From assembly GCA_964035545.1 (NCBI GenBank), contig OZ037765.1, positions 22,877,504-22,941,503 of the forward strand: a DNA stretch of 64,000 nt, given 5' to 3'. Under the pieces are notes generated by a model. It had not been told where the DNA came from and searched no databases. It saw only the letters and a list, made by a program, of their open reading frames with translations. This document shows, piece by piece, positions 29,508 through 44,581 of this stretch (its first letter is position 1; each line of letters starts with the position of its first letter). The position numbers and the translations under genes were made by a program. The DNA comes from Bugula neritina. Lineage: Eukaryota > Animalia > Bryozoa.

Positions 29508-30145
29508 TCAATGCCCCTTTCAAGTTTCTTGTAATTAATAAATTAGTCAATTAGCGGTTTTGTTTAATTAGTTTTGACACTTTCATGTTTTTTGTATGTC
29601 TAAAACATTTGTTAAATGAGGTGTGGATAATGAGGGATATGTCATGAATATATTATAGTTGATTAATTGACTCAGTTTCTTGCTGGACATTGATTTTATT
29701 GTTTGAGTCCATAAAATTTTATGTGACATACACATATACATATGTATATATTCTCATATGCATATAAACACTATAAGTTTATAACCTCAGGCACCAAACC
29801 TGTATAAATATGGCAGGACACCTTTTTGCTTCTAAACAATAGTTTCTAACAGTTTTCTTGTAAATACAAGTTCCTTTAAATACTGATTATTGATCACTTG
29901 TATTGATATCAATTGTTACAGGTGATGAAATCGCCCCCCTGATATATTGAATAATAACAAAGTTATGTTTTGTTGTCTCTTTGTTTTCACAATTCATTTT
30001 TTGAGCAATTTTATTGATTTAACCAACCTTGCCTATACAAAATATCGATGGTTAGTCAACTCTTGCCTAGTGTGTTTCTTGTGGATGTTCCGAATAGTTC
30101 AAAAATAATTTAGCCTGCCTTTTCTCTCTCGAGTTTTCTGCTACC

Positions 30146-33100
30146 ATGCGGCGGCCCATGTCTCTTGAACACAGGCTTAGGCTGCAGAAAAACCATGTTT
30201 GTCTGGTAAATGAAATGCAAGTTGATTACATGTTTCCGTACTTCATTCAAGAGGTAAGTCTATTTGCTGCCGGCCATGTGAGTATCATATGCAATATGAA
30301 TATATTTAGTTTGTAAGGTCTGTACCTTTGCACTTTGTAATGATGAACAATATGTTCTGCTATCTGCATGTGTAGGTATTATTGAAAAGCTCTCATTGAT
30401 GTGCCTTATGCTTAACTAACTGTTGTGTTTATTTTACACAGCGTGTTTTGACAAATGAGATGGTTGAAGACATGCGCCATGGTACTTCTACATTTTTTGT
30501 AAATACTAGGCTATTGGCCATTCTACCTCACCGTGGTGAGAATGCCTATCATACGCTCATTGCGGCTCTTAAGTACGGCTCTGGTCAACCTCACCTGGTA
30601 GATATGTTGAAGGAAACCGTTATACTACCAGAGGGTAAGCTCAAGCAGCTCCCCTAAAATAGATGAAACTTTATAGCAGCATATCTCATTACAATTTAAA
30701 GATATGCTTAGCGTCTTTTTTCTCCAACATCGAGCAAAATAATCTTGATCTCATTCTTCAATTTGTTAGGGTAGTTTTCTCCAGACAATTGTTGCACACA
30801 GCATATTGTTGACTTTTTGAGAAATCGTCTTGAGTGCATTTATTTATTCTTGGATACTGACAGACTGATCGGGCAATATGTATTGTAATATTATATATGT
30901 ATTATGTATTAGTATGGCATAGCTTTAACCTTTTGATATTTTAGACCAAAAAGTATAAAATTTATGTGTGTTACAGACATTAATCGTATCAAAATTAGAA
31001 GAAGTTGTGGTGTGTGTTAGTTTCTGTTCAATCTAATTTTACTTGATAGAAATTGAAACTCTGGAAGAAGAATTGAGCAGGCAGCCTCGAAGTAGATTCA
31101 GCCCGATGTGGTTTGAGGATAACAGCCCTCCAGGAAGTAGTCACGGCAGTCACATTGGCTCAGGAAATGAGAGTCATCAAGATCCATTTAGACTTATGGT
31201 TCCAATGGTAAAAATTGTACTAATCTTTCTTGTAGCTTTATGGTACTAGTAGTACGAAGACGTGGTAGCGTATTTATTTTATTTTGATTATGTTTTAGAA
31301 GGATAAAAAACTGAAAAGTAGAAAATGTCGTAAGATCGTTAACAAACCTCACAAAGAAGAACTTCCTGGTAAGTGCTAGGTGTGTTATTTAAATCTTAAA
31401 TTATGTTATGCATATTTTTTCTAAATAAATTATATGTTTACTTGTCATAGTTTCTTAGTTTTTGAAATAAGATCAAAATCTGCTTCCTGGTTAATTTCAA
31501 GTTTCCTGAATAGTCGTAGTTTAAGTGAAGTCGCATCTCAAACCTAAATTTTAGACTGACAATTAGAAATTCAAATTTAAATGAAGTTGGCATCTTGGCT
31601 TATAAATGTAGTTTCTGCTCTGTGTAGTTATTGGTTTTCCTAATAAAAAAGCAACATTGATTAACACCTATTTTCTAGATATAGCACACCTGTTTCCATG
31701 TGTTGTCCCACATGTACACAAAAAGTGGCAAAGTCTAGCTTTGGAGTTAGGCCTAACAGAGGCCGACTTAAGTGACCTTGTTGTAATACCTCACGAGAAG
31801 GAATCCCACTACGCCAACTTGGTTCTTCATAAATGGTTGAAAAAATATAGAGCTAAGGCCACCAAGCAAAAGCTATCTGAAGCTCTACTGGCTATTGGCA
31901 GCAACAAGGCTCTCGGTATGTACTTTTTCTATGTTCTATCTGACATGTTAATCAATTCTACTTTGTCATTATTTTTCAGATATTTCTGATGATTTTTATA
32001 TTTGTGAAATGGCATAATTGTCAAAGTCTTGTAATTTAGTTTTTAAACTTTGCAGAACGAATTTCAATTTATAAAGTCATACCGTTTAAAGCGAAGACAT
32101 CACCAATGGCTCGAATCAATGGAAAAATTAGCCGCAAAGGTTTGTCACCGGCAGTACTGCCAGAGATTATTTCCCCAGGAGCGGATAACAATAAAAAGCA
32201 GTACATGCAGCTTGCATCAGTCATACGCAGACGGTCGGGTACGTAGCTTTACATTGTTCAAGTGATGGTGTGTGAGATAATGGTTTACCAGTGTAAGATG
32301 CAGGTCGTGTTTCCATCAGTAAGTCATGCAGTAATTCTACAGGTCATTTACCGGTGAAGTGTACAGTCAAAAGTGTGAACTCACGGAAAAGTTCTGTGGC
32401 TGAAATAGATCACACTCAGAAAGCTTTCCTTAATCTGGCTGATAAAATCACTGACAACATGGTGGATCAGGGTGCAGATGCTACTGACATATTAAATGCT
32501 GTTGAAAGGTTGCAAGGGATAGTGTTTCACAGCGTCTACAAAGGCAGCATAATGTTTGAGGTAAATCTTTTACCTAGCTATAGTTCTGTTCATAAAAGCG
32601 CACGTCATAATATGTTTTAGCATTATTTTTATAGGTTAGTTTTGTTAGTTTGACTGAGTAACATGCTTCTTTGTGTATCTGTTTAGACACAAGTATTACA
32701 CTTGTTGGCTTTGGAACGGTTGATGAAACTTTACACGAGTGGGGAACTAGTAGTGATATTTGAGAATGTGTTGGTTACTAAAGACATACTTGCTGAATAC
32801 AATGCTAAGGAGGTGCGGCTGACTGTCGAAATAACAGAATCTGACTATCTACTATGCAAGAGAGGGCTGCTGGCTTTAGCTGGCAGCGTGAAGAAGGATG
32901 ATGCGTCAAACTCAGAGTCTGAGAGTTGCTACACCTCTGATGCATCTGACCAATCAGGTGTGGTATAGTCTACAGACTTTTAATAATATAAAATCTATGG
33001 CTTCCATTGATGTTCAAATTTAGCTTGTGGTTTGTTTTTATATGACCTATCACGTTTGTTTTCACTTACTCAACTGCTTGTACATCTTGTGACTAAGACA

Positions 33101-34003
33101 CACAGTTGATAGTCATGTAGTACTTCACTATTTATGCTTACTGTGCTTTTACAGATTTTTGAAAATATAAGTTGCTCGTATGTTAAAACGATTTTCCTAT
33201 GTTGGATCTAATTTCACTAAAAGTCGCTTTTTATTACTGATTTTCTAAGTATTCTCTGCCTGTTCTGTTCAAATAAATGAACAGTATGTTAATTTGTGAT
33301 TTAGAAACAGAAACAGATGGAGAGGCTCCAAGTGAACCATACAATGACCCCATTATTCAGGACTGCTGCAAATTGATAACCAACGCCAGAGAGGTGCTTG
33401 TGGCATGCCTGTCACAATTTAGACTGAGCACCTCCAACCTCCTAATGACATTGCAGCTGGTTCACCCTCCTACTGTCTCGAAGATATGCACAATAGATGA
33501 TCTGTACATGTTTAGAGGCTATATGGAGCAGACACCCACCTCCACACTCTCCACTGCCTCTTTGAATCATTTTATTGGTGTTCATCAGCAATTTGTTGAG
33601 AAGGTATTATGAGTTAGTCTAACTTAGAAATGAACTCCGCTGATTGACATAAATTTAATTATTTCTGGCTAGCTTAGGCAACATTTAAATTTCAGTTATT
33701 TTGTAGATTTCTTCACTCAAATCTAAAATATCTGCGGTTTTACACATCGAGTCTGAAAAATTAATGGATGTGAGTGATCGTTTATCTTCGAGCTCATCGC
33801 GCCAGCAGGTGATTGCTAGGGTGGGAGCCTGTGCTGAAAAACTTGCAATCGTTCAGCGTATGTTACAATCAAACTACAACTTCTCTCACCTAACCCACAA
33901 TGAGACAGTAAAGATGACGTTAGAAACTTTATGCTATAGAGGTCTACTTAGTTACCATTTTGTTATTATAGATAAATTAACAGAATGTAAAAGCATACTT
34001 TAA
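30146..34003 (+). CDS. CARD + Death domain + TRADD-N-like domain adaptor protein (~10 exons)
   Basis: Exons 30146-30253 and 30442-30634 encode a RAIDD/caspase-2-type CARD (EHRLRLQKNHVCLVNEMQVDYMFPYFIQERVLTNEMVEDM...LLAILPHRGENAYHTLIAALK..GQPHLVDML). Exon 31679-31915 encodes a Death domain (KWQSLALELGLTEADL...LVLHKWLKKYRAKATKQKLSEALLAIG). Exons 32344-32560 and 32687-32957 give KGSIMFE..LLALERLMKLYTSGELVVIFENVLVT...VRLTVEITESDYLLCK (TRADD-N-like pattern). The C-terminal region is helical. Confidence 0.82.
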
Positions 34004-34842
34004 TTTTTTGCACTCCTGGATTTTTGCCTAATTTTGCAAAATAATGGTAGTCTTGATACAAAATTTCTAATATCATTTTTGAAGTTTATTACTAATATAT
34101 AACTTTATGCCTCTAGTATAGTTTGTAAACTTTTATAAAATTTGTAAGTTATTTGTTTAGATCATATAGTGTTTGGAAGCGATGACTGATGATTTTTGTA
34201 CAATCATATACCTATTATAGACAAGAGTAATAATAAAGTGTATTATTCCTTATTGTTTATGCTTAGGATATATAGAATTATGGTGCTTAGCATTAGAAAT
34301 AAAATTTCAGTATTATTTTGTTGGAATATTTTTCTCATATAACTATTTATTATAAAGTGTGATTCCATATTAAAAATAGTGAAACATTTTAGAAGCAACA
34401 TAAAATGTATCCATAAAGTGTATACCCGTTAAAAATTGTTATGTTATTTAAACCAGGTGTCCACTATAACATAGTGACATGTTCATTTATTTTCTATCAC
34501 TTAAATTTCTGCTGTAATGACTTGTGGCTATGAGACAGACACAGAAAAGAATAATTTAAATGCTGCAACAGTAAACATTCAGAAATAAAATTGCCCTGAA
34601 ACTTTATAAAACTCCTTGAAATTTCAAGGATGAATTAGTAATAAAAAAGCAACATTTGATTTTATACCATTTACAAAATATAAAACAATAAATTGTAAAA
34701 AAATACATATAGCTATCTAAAAATAGACATTTTAACACATTAATGAGGAAAAGCATTGACTGTCAGTATTGCATAATTTTTAAAAATTGAATCAAAAAAC
34801 TAGAAATATCAAATTAATTTATACAAAACAAACACTGCATTG

Positions 34843-37800
34843 TTACAGTAGGTTACAAGCCGTAGAGGTCTTTGATTTAATCTCAGTCTTATCATTTGCT
34901 TGAACTTCTTCCGAAGCTTTTCTTTTCGCTTCCTGAAATAAAAATAACATTTTTTTGTAAAAATTTATTTATCGATACTTTTAGCTAAAGCAGCATATAC
35001 AGTTCATAATGTTATCAGTCAAATATTGGTCTGTGTGTGTAGAAATGTATAAGGTACATGGAAAGTCAAACTTTCTCTAATTTAAAAAGTAATAATTGTT
35101 AAAATTACAATTCAACAAAACCAATGGACTGTAAAACAAGCTCTATAATGAATGGTAAATATTGAACTCAGTCAAATGTGATCTTATGTCATAGGTTTAA
35201 GCCCCACTGCAGGCTAAAGCTTTCTCAACACAACAAAGTTTACGGTTAGTTAGGTAAGCATTCATGTTGTAGGTTGTATAGAACTTTGTGAATGTACACT
35301 GCATATATATTTACATATCAGTACACAACTAGAAAGATGCTCAAGTATATCACGGCAGAATTTGTAATGGCCAAGAACATGAAAATTAAAACGTATAATA
35401 TTATATTTATTAATTGGAAAATACATTTACCTAATTTAAAGCTGTAGCAAAAGTCTATAACAGCAAAACAACAACTAATAAACAATTATATATTCAGAGC
35501 AAATAGTTGCATGATGAAAAATTACACCAGAAATGTTTCAGTTAGGTACTCCTTTCGATGACTCTTATATGTTTTATATTACTGGAAATAGTTTTCCATC
35601 TTCGAGGCAATGGAATTGTTTGTACATACATAATCACCTGCATATGATAAAATAAATAACTTTGATGTAACATACCACCACTTGTGCCAGTTCAGCTGCA
35701 AAAGATGAATTGTGAAGACTGGAAGTCTTGAGCTGTTTTACTCTCACTGTTCGCTTTTTCTTGTTGATAACTTTTGAAAAGTCTACCAGTATGTTCATAC
35801 TTTCTAGTGATCTAATAAAATAACAATTCATACACGCCGACAGATCTAGGTCAGTATGTGATTATTTGTGATACAGAAACAATTCATAAACACATAATAT
35901 ATATATAAAATGGTGTATAGTTTACCACTAAAGAGAGCTCAATGCAGTGCAGAGCAGAGTAAATAAAAGTAATGAACGATAAAATTTGATTTAAAACACT
36001 TTATTACTACTAGTTTCATGTGCATAGAATGTACACAATCTTCAGATAAAATGTTAAGATGTAATTATTATATTATATTATATTATATTATATTATATTT
36101 CTAGATATATATGATCTATAACCTTACTCCAACTGGCTGACGTGGTACACAATCCTGTTACAGATAGTACCAAGGCATTTAAAGTGACTCGGCCGTAGAG
36201 CTGTTTCCAACTGTCCTCGAAGAGGGTCATTAGAACCACTTCCTCTTTGACGTAAGCTTTCAACCATTTCCAGATGAGTCACCTGAAGTTCCTCACATTC
36301 TGCTATCAACCCTTTATAGTTAGGATGATCTTCCATCACGATATCTAGGGCACAAACATGTCTTATAGCATTTGTAGAACATGGCGGCTGGGTGTAAAAT
36401 TCTTACATTTATAAACTACTTGAATAGCATCTTTTAGATTGGTTATTTTCTTTTACTAACAAATTTTAGGTTCAATATTTGTGAAGCAAATTGTTTGAAA
36501 GCCAGCTTTAAAAATGCTGCTCCAGTTTGAGTTATTCCTATCTAACGCAGACCAAAAATGTGCAGTAAATACCATGCATTTGTTTCCATAAATTTTGTAT
36601 TATAGAACAAGCAGGAAAGATAATGCATTTAATAAACTTTAGTTTCAAAAATATCACAGAAGTTGTCTTCTCTTTTTAACAGGGTCAATTTGCATTCTTA
36701 GAAAACATTGTTATAATAAAGTTATTATAATCACCAATTGTAAATAAAAGTTTTTTGTCGATTTATGTTTTCATTATAAATGACAATTTTACCTAACGAC
36801 TTGCTAATCCATACAAAATCTGTGAGGCATAGTTCATAGAGTAACAGTTCGCAGTAAATGTGGTAGTGCAACTCCCAACTCTCAAGAGTGTTTAACAAAA
36901 CAGGGTACATCACTGTTTTCTTCTCTACAACATAGGATGACATGTGTTTCCTCGCTCTTTGGTTGGTGGTATAGTATAGGAAATATATATATATATATTT
37001 TTTTTTTACTTTTTTGATATACATAGCTACTTACCTAACCTCTGTCTGTTTATAGCGACATTTAAATGCTCAACAAGATCAGGATCTTCTAGAAACTGTG
37101 AAGACATCAAAGGTACAATGAGGTCAGAATCATCAAGCTTAGTCAGCAGTGTTGCGGCATCAGTGTATTGCAAAGACAGCTCTACTCTCAGTCCTATCCC
37201 AAAACAACTTGTATACAGTTAAATTCAATTACTATAAGAACTGAGCAAGAGCATGCAATGATATAAGTGTTAGCTATACAAATTACCAATAATACAGCAA
37301 AGTGAAACAGCCATAAACTTAATCCTATCAAAAACCATAGTGGTTTTACATAGACTGATTATATTACATAGACATAGCTATATAGATTATTGAACTATTT
37401 ATAATCAGAAAATGATTGGTCATTCATACAGAAAAGGCAGCTGCTGCTATTATAGATGGATTTTAATTAGGAATACCATATCAATGTTCCAAATTTTTAA
37501 GTAGCAACTTTCTTTGCTAAAGACACAATGCTCAGATTGAATTGTATAATAAAATAAAATACAGTAAAATGAGAATAAGTTTGCTTTTAAACAAAAATAA
37601 TTTACCAAAATATTTTATTACTTAAAAGTACATTTTGATATGAAAAGTCGCTAATGTTAGTGGCAAAAACGATTTTAGCTGGCAAAATTTTTAACCACAT
37701 TCATTCAAATATTGCAAATGTGCTATTTTACCATTTTTCAACTGCTACATATTGTATTTGGATCCACCCAATTATTAAATACTATCAGGTTTTATTAACT

Positions 37801-40800
37801 GTGATGCACTCGCATATGAGTGTGGCTTTAATATTAATGAAATAAGCTTTCATGAATATAAAAACACACTTGTTATTATAGTTTTTACTTTGTAGATTAA
37901 AATGTTAAACCATGCTGAGTTACATAACCACAGCTATTAGTTTCTCACCAAACTTTCTTTTGAGTCTTTTCTGAATTCTCTTAGCTAAACCAGAATCCCA
38001 AAGGTCATTCGAGCTAAGTATGATAACCTCTTTGTCTAATGGCAGGTTGGTCGCACACACTTCAGGCTCCTTGAAAATCATATCTCCAAGAAATTCAGAC
38101 CTTTGCTGTTTCAGAGATCCTCTCAAATTGTATGTCATCTACAAGGCTGTTCTACTAATATTTTTCATAAACCAATGACTGCAAGCAATCATGATCCAAA
38201 TAGTCAAACCCTAATGTTAAATACAAGTTGAAAATTAAAGTTGCAAATAAAAAATGCCCTTACAGTAGTAATACTTTGAAATGAATGACTTTGACTTTTC
38301 TATAAGTATTGTGACCATATTTTTAGTTATAGTGATAACCAAAAGCAATGTAGTTAATCCATAGTTTTTGTGAATCTTTGATAAATTAACTAAAACCTAA
38401 AATTGGAGAACCAATAAATTATTAAAAAGGCCTTTCTTTAGCTTTGTTATATTTCCAATTTATGGTTTGAAAAGTGATTGCTTGTTCATAGACAACTTTT
38501 CATGTTATAGTATCTGGTAAAACTAATGCTAAAAGAAAATTTGTAGTAACGTATTACCAGCATATTATGCTGAGATGAAACTTGATTTACACATTTTAAC
38601 ACAAAATATAATAATCACCAGTCACCATTATCATCACAGCTAAATACCTTGTCCTTCTTTAGTATAGAGCCATCAGCTTCGCCAGTAGCCATGTAATTTA
38701 CTAACACAGGTGCCAGCAGGTGCTCTACATAAGATCTAATATCCTGGTTTCCAAAAACACAATTGTTGACAGATAAATATCTATCATCAACATCAGTAAG
38801 CTCTTCTATTTGCAGTGGAATGAGGTGGAAGTCTGACTAAAAGCATAGATACTGTAGACAATAAAATTGGATTGCTTTATCGCTTGTTCCAACCATTCCA
38901 CAGAAAATTAGCGCTGATAAAAATGAAAATACATATAATTATTGTAATTATATGCATGCATAAAAAACTAACTGAGAAATACTTACATCTGTGAAATGCC
39001 GGGCTAAAGACAGTCTAAACTCCTCATTGCACATCTTAGAGTTGAAATAAGACTGAGAGAGTAAAGCAAGAGTCATGTGACTAGATTCAACAGCATGATA
39101 CAACTTCTGTTGCCATGATCCACCTGTCATGTGAAGAGAACAGCACATTATGCAAAGAACTATTTTATTAAAACTGAATTGACACTCCATGACTCATATC
39201 AGCTTTTAACAATCGCTCACAGTTTAAAAAATTGAGCTTAAAAATAAAAAATAGTTATAATTTTCTCAAGTAGTGATGACTGTGAGAAGAATTTAAAACT
39301 TCAACAATACCTGTATGAAGTTGCTGCCGATCTATAAACAGCTTAATATCTGGCATTTTACATTCCAAGACTTCTCCGATGATTTTGCAAGTCTCCTCAT
39401 TAGCATGAGCATACGAGATGAAGATATCATAGTCATAGTTGGAACCTGATGCTTCTTCAACAACATTTTCTTTAAGATTTTCTCTATAAATGATTTCCAA
39501 AAACTACGTTCATGCATTTAATTGTGGCTAGTAGACTGTGCCTAAGATAACGAACTGAATTTAAATTTGTAGCTATTTATAACCAGCTAATTAACTGAAA
39601 TAGACTGAACATAAAATGATATATGAGAAGTGACACAACACAATGTTATTTCTATAATAAATTGAACATGTGTAGTAGCGTTTGGTAAATAATGATGTGA
39701 AATAATAAGCGAAATTAGTCTTTTAGTTAATTAGTTTTGTAAATATATCAGATAGAAGTTATATATCTCAAAATATGGTTGACAAGAGTCATAATTAGGC
39801 ATTACCATAAATAAGTATTCTCATTATTGTGTCATTGCAACATGTTGACATTCTGGAACAAACGATGTAAATGTACTAACTCAGTAGGCATAGTAGAAGT
39901 TAGGAATGACTTCTTGTCACCAGGACTGCTATTCTCCAGTACTTCCTGTTTGTAAGCCACCACATACAGCGTGATATTGTGTATCAGCCTTTTTTTGTTT
40001 TCATTCTGCATTCTAATGTCAACCCACTGTATGAGAGACATGTAAGTGGGAAGATTAGATATGCCTTCACACAACATAGGAGCGAGTCTGGTAAAGGAAG
40101 TAGTCTGTCTGTTCAGACACCATGCAGCATTGTATTCCTCAACTCTATCGTCATCTTCCAGGTAGGCAGGACTGAGGAAAGTTATCACCCTGAAATATTA
40201 TAAACTTACTACTTCACAAATAATTCCCAAACTATTTAGTCATGAGAGAGGACAACTCACGACGTACTCTGATAGGTAAAGCAGTATAAAACTTCCTATA
40301 TAATTTAATCTTTAGCACACTGATACTACTACATTATATAAGAGCAGTATGGTATTTGAATTTCGCCAATGAATAAAATAGCTCAACTTTGAAAAAAGGT
40401 AAGCAACTTTCATTACTTTCAACAAAATACTATTTTACGACAATGACTAAACACGGCAACAAACAAACTTTATAAAGCTCTACACCTACAACAGAATACC
40501 AACCAGTCATCTGCAATTTTGAACGTCAATAATTTTACAACTTTTCAACAACTGTGATGGAACCTTGAGTAAATTTTATCATTTTTTATCAAGGAGCTGC
40601 AAATTATCTTAAATCAAAAAATCTTGAAATTACAAAAATTTGCAAAAGCAAACTTGAAAGTACACCTTGAACATGTTTTCAATATGTCAAACAGTTTCTT
40701 GTCTCCACCATCCCTCTTTTCTTCGCTCTCAGGCCTATTCTCTGATGCGTAGAATGTCAAAGTTTTCTGCTGTTTCCAAAAGATATGTTTAACTTGTTCT

Positions 40801-42932
40801 ACACTTTCCTTGTCTCGAGATACGTATGAAAGATAGAAATCATACTGTGGGGAAGGTGGTAACAAGGAAGGGCTGATAGGCTGCGTCCCAATTACTAAAC
40901 AAAAAATACTTTCACTGTTATGAGAATTATTATGAATTCAATATTATAATATAGTAAATTGCTACTAATAATTTGTAGTTAAACTTTAGACTAAGAAACA
41001 TGATTACACATTTCATTTAATGAAACCGATCTGGAACTACTATTATAATTGGAGTTGTCAACTCAGCTAGTACATGACCTTCAAGTATTCAAAAGTTATT
41101 TGATCATTTGTATTTTACTTGCATTATTTATAGTTGCTTTGTATAAGTTGTCACCTCTATAACCCAAAAAACGTAAAACCTCAAAGAAAAAAGACAAGTG
41201 CAGTAATAGAGAAACTGAGAAAAACTTGTATTCTATATCAAACAATTTAATTATTTTTATTACACAATAATGCTTTATTATTCCAACATATATCTCTTTA
41301 TTAAAATAAAAAGATAACAGTTATACAAATTCAACTCACCTTCATTAAAATTTTGCTTTAGCCTGTGAAATGTTTCGTAAATATAATTATTTCCTGTATA
41401 AATCACAAGCTTGAACAAGGAAATGCCAAGTCCATTTTTCATCCACATTACTGCACTTGCTATAATGGCCGTTAGCATTGTAATTTCATTGTAACCCTAA
41501 ATGATAACATACAAAATATCACTTATGGAGCTCAATAAGTTAGTGGAAAAATAAGACTGCAAAGATAACAGCTAATTTATTTTATTGGAATGAATTGAGC
41601 TCTTTTGTAAGTCCTTAAAGTTATACAGTCAAATTTTACTAACAAAAACACAATATTTACTGTATGTTCAGCTAAACCTGTCAAGTAAATATTGATCAAA
41701 TACGTTACATGTTTACATTGAATATTGAATATATAACTTCACATGATATAATGATCCTTTTAAATATTTAAAAGTAGTAAATTATGTACCTGATCACCTG
41801 TACTCAACAAGGGGGAGATGATTACTCCATTGGAAAATAAACTAGTTGCAGGAACTAAAGCTTTAAACACAGATTTTACAGATTGTTGCGGAGAAGCACC
41901 AGTTCTAGTATTTTCAAAGCACAAAAGTCTCCTAAAATATTACATTGGCAGATAATATACATTTCACAGCATAGTTTGCAGTATAATATATACTTCAGAA
42001 TATTAAAGTGTAACTTCTAAAGAGCAAAGTATGTATACATATGTAGTCACAAGTAGCAGTGTTCATTTGAATTACTATAAAGTGAAATGAGTACATAATA
42101 TACACAGAGACTAGCAAGTCAAGATGCCATCTTTATATAGAGCATCTTCATTTGAAGTAGAATTATTATAACCATACTGATAGCTGACAAGTAAGGAAAG
42201 TTTTCCCTACAGAATACATATTAATACAGAATAACTAGTTTTTAAGTTTGTTAGTCTTAAAGCTTAGCAGGATGGTACTTAGTAGGAGGTACTTATTCAA
42301 GTCTCACATCTTTCCCATAGTATTACAATTTTTGAGTTAGTTTATTTCAGACTTTACACAAAACACAAAAAGCAAGAAAGGAAATGATGTGTATTTAGTT
42401 TTGTAGCATTACCTGTAAGGTATCTTTTCTGGCAATGGTTTAGACCACCAGCAATAGAACTGTTGCCGAAAATCCTCTTCTTTGTCCTCAGCTAGCCTGC
42501 TAACCTCAAGGCCAAATCGCTTTTTCAATGCTCCAATGACTGATGTGTTTGATGGGATGTATGCACCTAATGCAATGTATGCAAATGCATCAGTAATTTA
42601 ACAATTAAAACAACAATGAAAATATTTAGAAAAATATTAAATAAAGCATTATTCATAATTATGCTAAAATTTGTAGGTTTTATCTCTGAAATGCACATTG
42701 ATATGAAAAATGCTGACAACAAATTAATGATGCATAATCAAAAGTTTCAACACTCTCTTTCTCCAATAAGTTTTTACCACCTTACAAAGTAATTACCTCT
42801 AACAGCAGAAATCATTATTAGGTCAACTTTTTCTTCCGGTGATAACAATGTAATGTCTCCATACAGTAATTCGACAGCTTTGGTACCAGACTCAGTGTTG
42901 AACTCTATCTTATCAACAAACCTTAAAGGCAT
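34843..42932 (-). CDS. Macro-like domain + TIR + TIR + degenerate TIR + CaaX protein, paralog A
   Basis: Macro exons 42797-42932, 42413-42566, 41790-41931, 41340-41496 (VELLYGDIT; SPLLSTGDQGY). TIR1 at 40666-40894 plus ~39880-40189 (YDFYLSY; FLSPAYLEDDDRVEEY). TIR2 at ~39311-39485, 38986-39124, 38648-38835 (YDIFISYAH; LFIDR; GSWQQKL; LLSQSYFNSKMCNEEF). TIR3-like region at ~37948-38138, 37035-37193, 36793-36925. Last exon 34843-34932 ends KSKTSTACNLL*. Confidence 0.85.
36065..36100. repeat. (ATTAT)n microsatellite
   Basis: attatattatattatattatattatattatatt. Confidence 0.8.
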
Positions 42933-44581
42933 AATCGTTCCTCGCACAGCCTAAAGCCAATAAATTACAATTAGGTTAAAGCTATAACAATGTCTCACGA
43001 GCACTAGTACTTTCTATAAAATGTAACACACTATTGAGGCTTGAGCACAAATCATAGTTAAACAAAAACTAATTAGTGCATAATTGTATTGTGATTTATA
43101 AATTTTAGAGCAAAGGATCATGTTCAGATAATCGCAAACTAGAGCACATTGTGCAAAAGGCACTAATTTTATCACTGATATAGCAACATTAAATATCAAT
43201 TGATTAATTATCAACTTAATCTAGGTAATAATAAAGTATAAAACAAGACAAACCACATGTTTTTCTCATTTGCTTTTGAGACTGAAGTAAGGGTTCAAAA
43301 CCCAGTGCCTAGTTGCTAGTATCAGTATCACTTAAACAGAAATTGCAGTTTAAAACGAGCATCTGTTAGTGCTAAAATTAAAATAATTCATTCAATATTT
43401 ACATTAATGTTTGCATTATTGATATTCATATTAACCTTGTGATAATCAATATCATTATCACAATTGATTCACTCAACACTCGAGAAAATCAAAGTGAATA
43501 TTATAAATAAAGTTATTTGCCAACTACTAAAATATGGAGTAAAAAAAACATAAGGGGAAAGTGTTCTCTAGAAAATATTTAAAAATCAAATAAATCATTT
43601 GCCTCTAATACCCTCTTGATAAAATATATTTACAGTTAATATTATAAAGACTCGCACTGATTTATGACTTTCAGTTATAGGATCATTACTAGGCTTTGGT
43701 TTATGGGTAACTAAGATGACTGTGTATTTACCCTCCAAATTGTAGAGAGCCAGGCGCACAGATGAAACCAGTCTACCGCGAAAGGATAACTCGCAATCTC
43801 TCCATTAATTAATAAGTAACCCGTACACAGTGTGGTTTGTGCAATCCATTGAATTAAAACTCAGTTATAATATTTTAGTAGAGGAATCCATATAAGCCTG
43901 ATTGATGATTGAAATTTTAAATTCAAATCCAAGGCGAACCTATATAACTAGATGCTTTTGTTTTGTCGAAAATGTATAATACACATATTCAAGTAGTTTT
44001 TGCCCGAACCCCACAAACCAAATTTGACATTAGTTTGAAAAGACATGTCAAAATGAGTGCTTTGGCTCAATAATGTGATGCTGCTACACATATATTAAAA
44101 GTCAAACATAAAATGCTCTAAAATTGAGATAGTCTCAAACAGTATGTACATACAGCCTTAGCTTTTTCCTTGAAAGCTTTACATAGCTTTTTCTCTTAAA
44201 GCCTGCATAACAACAAAGCCATAATGCAATACAGATTTTAGTTGAAATTGTGAAAATGTAATAAAAAGTCGTTTAATATTTATAATATCGAGAGTTGCAG
44301 AATTTGTTTATTTGCAGTATAAGCTAAAACAAAAATGTTCTCCTAAAAATGAAATAAGTTAATAGGAAAATATATAATTTGAAATACAAAAATATCAAAC
44401 AATATAACATCAGGTAAAAGAAAAAATATTGTGTAGAATTAAAAACATAAACTTGAGAAGAGAAGTAGATAGCCATCAGCGTCAATAACAATTTTAAAGA
44501 ATAAATAATTTCAATATTCTGATATGACCAGAACTTGTATACACACAAATGTTTTATATAAAATAAAATAAGCAAAGATGT

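Noticed and set aside
43480-43570. IRF/NF-kB-like sites upstream of paralog A (gaaaatcaaagtgaa, ggggaaagtg)
   Set aside because: Imperfect matches of this kind are expected by chance in AT-rich DNA.
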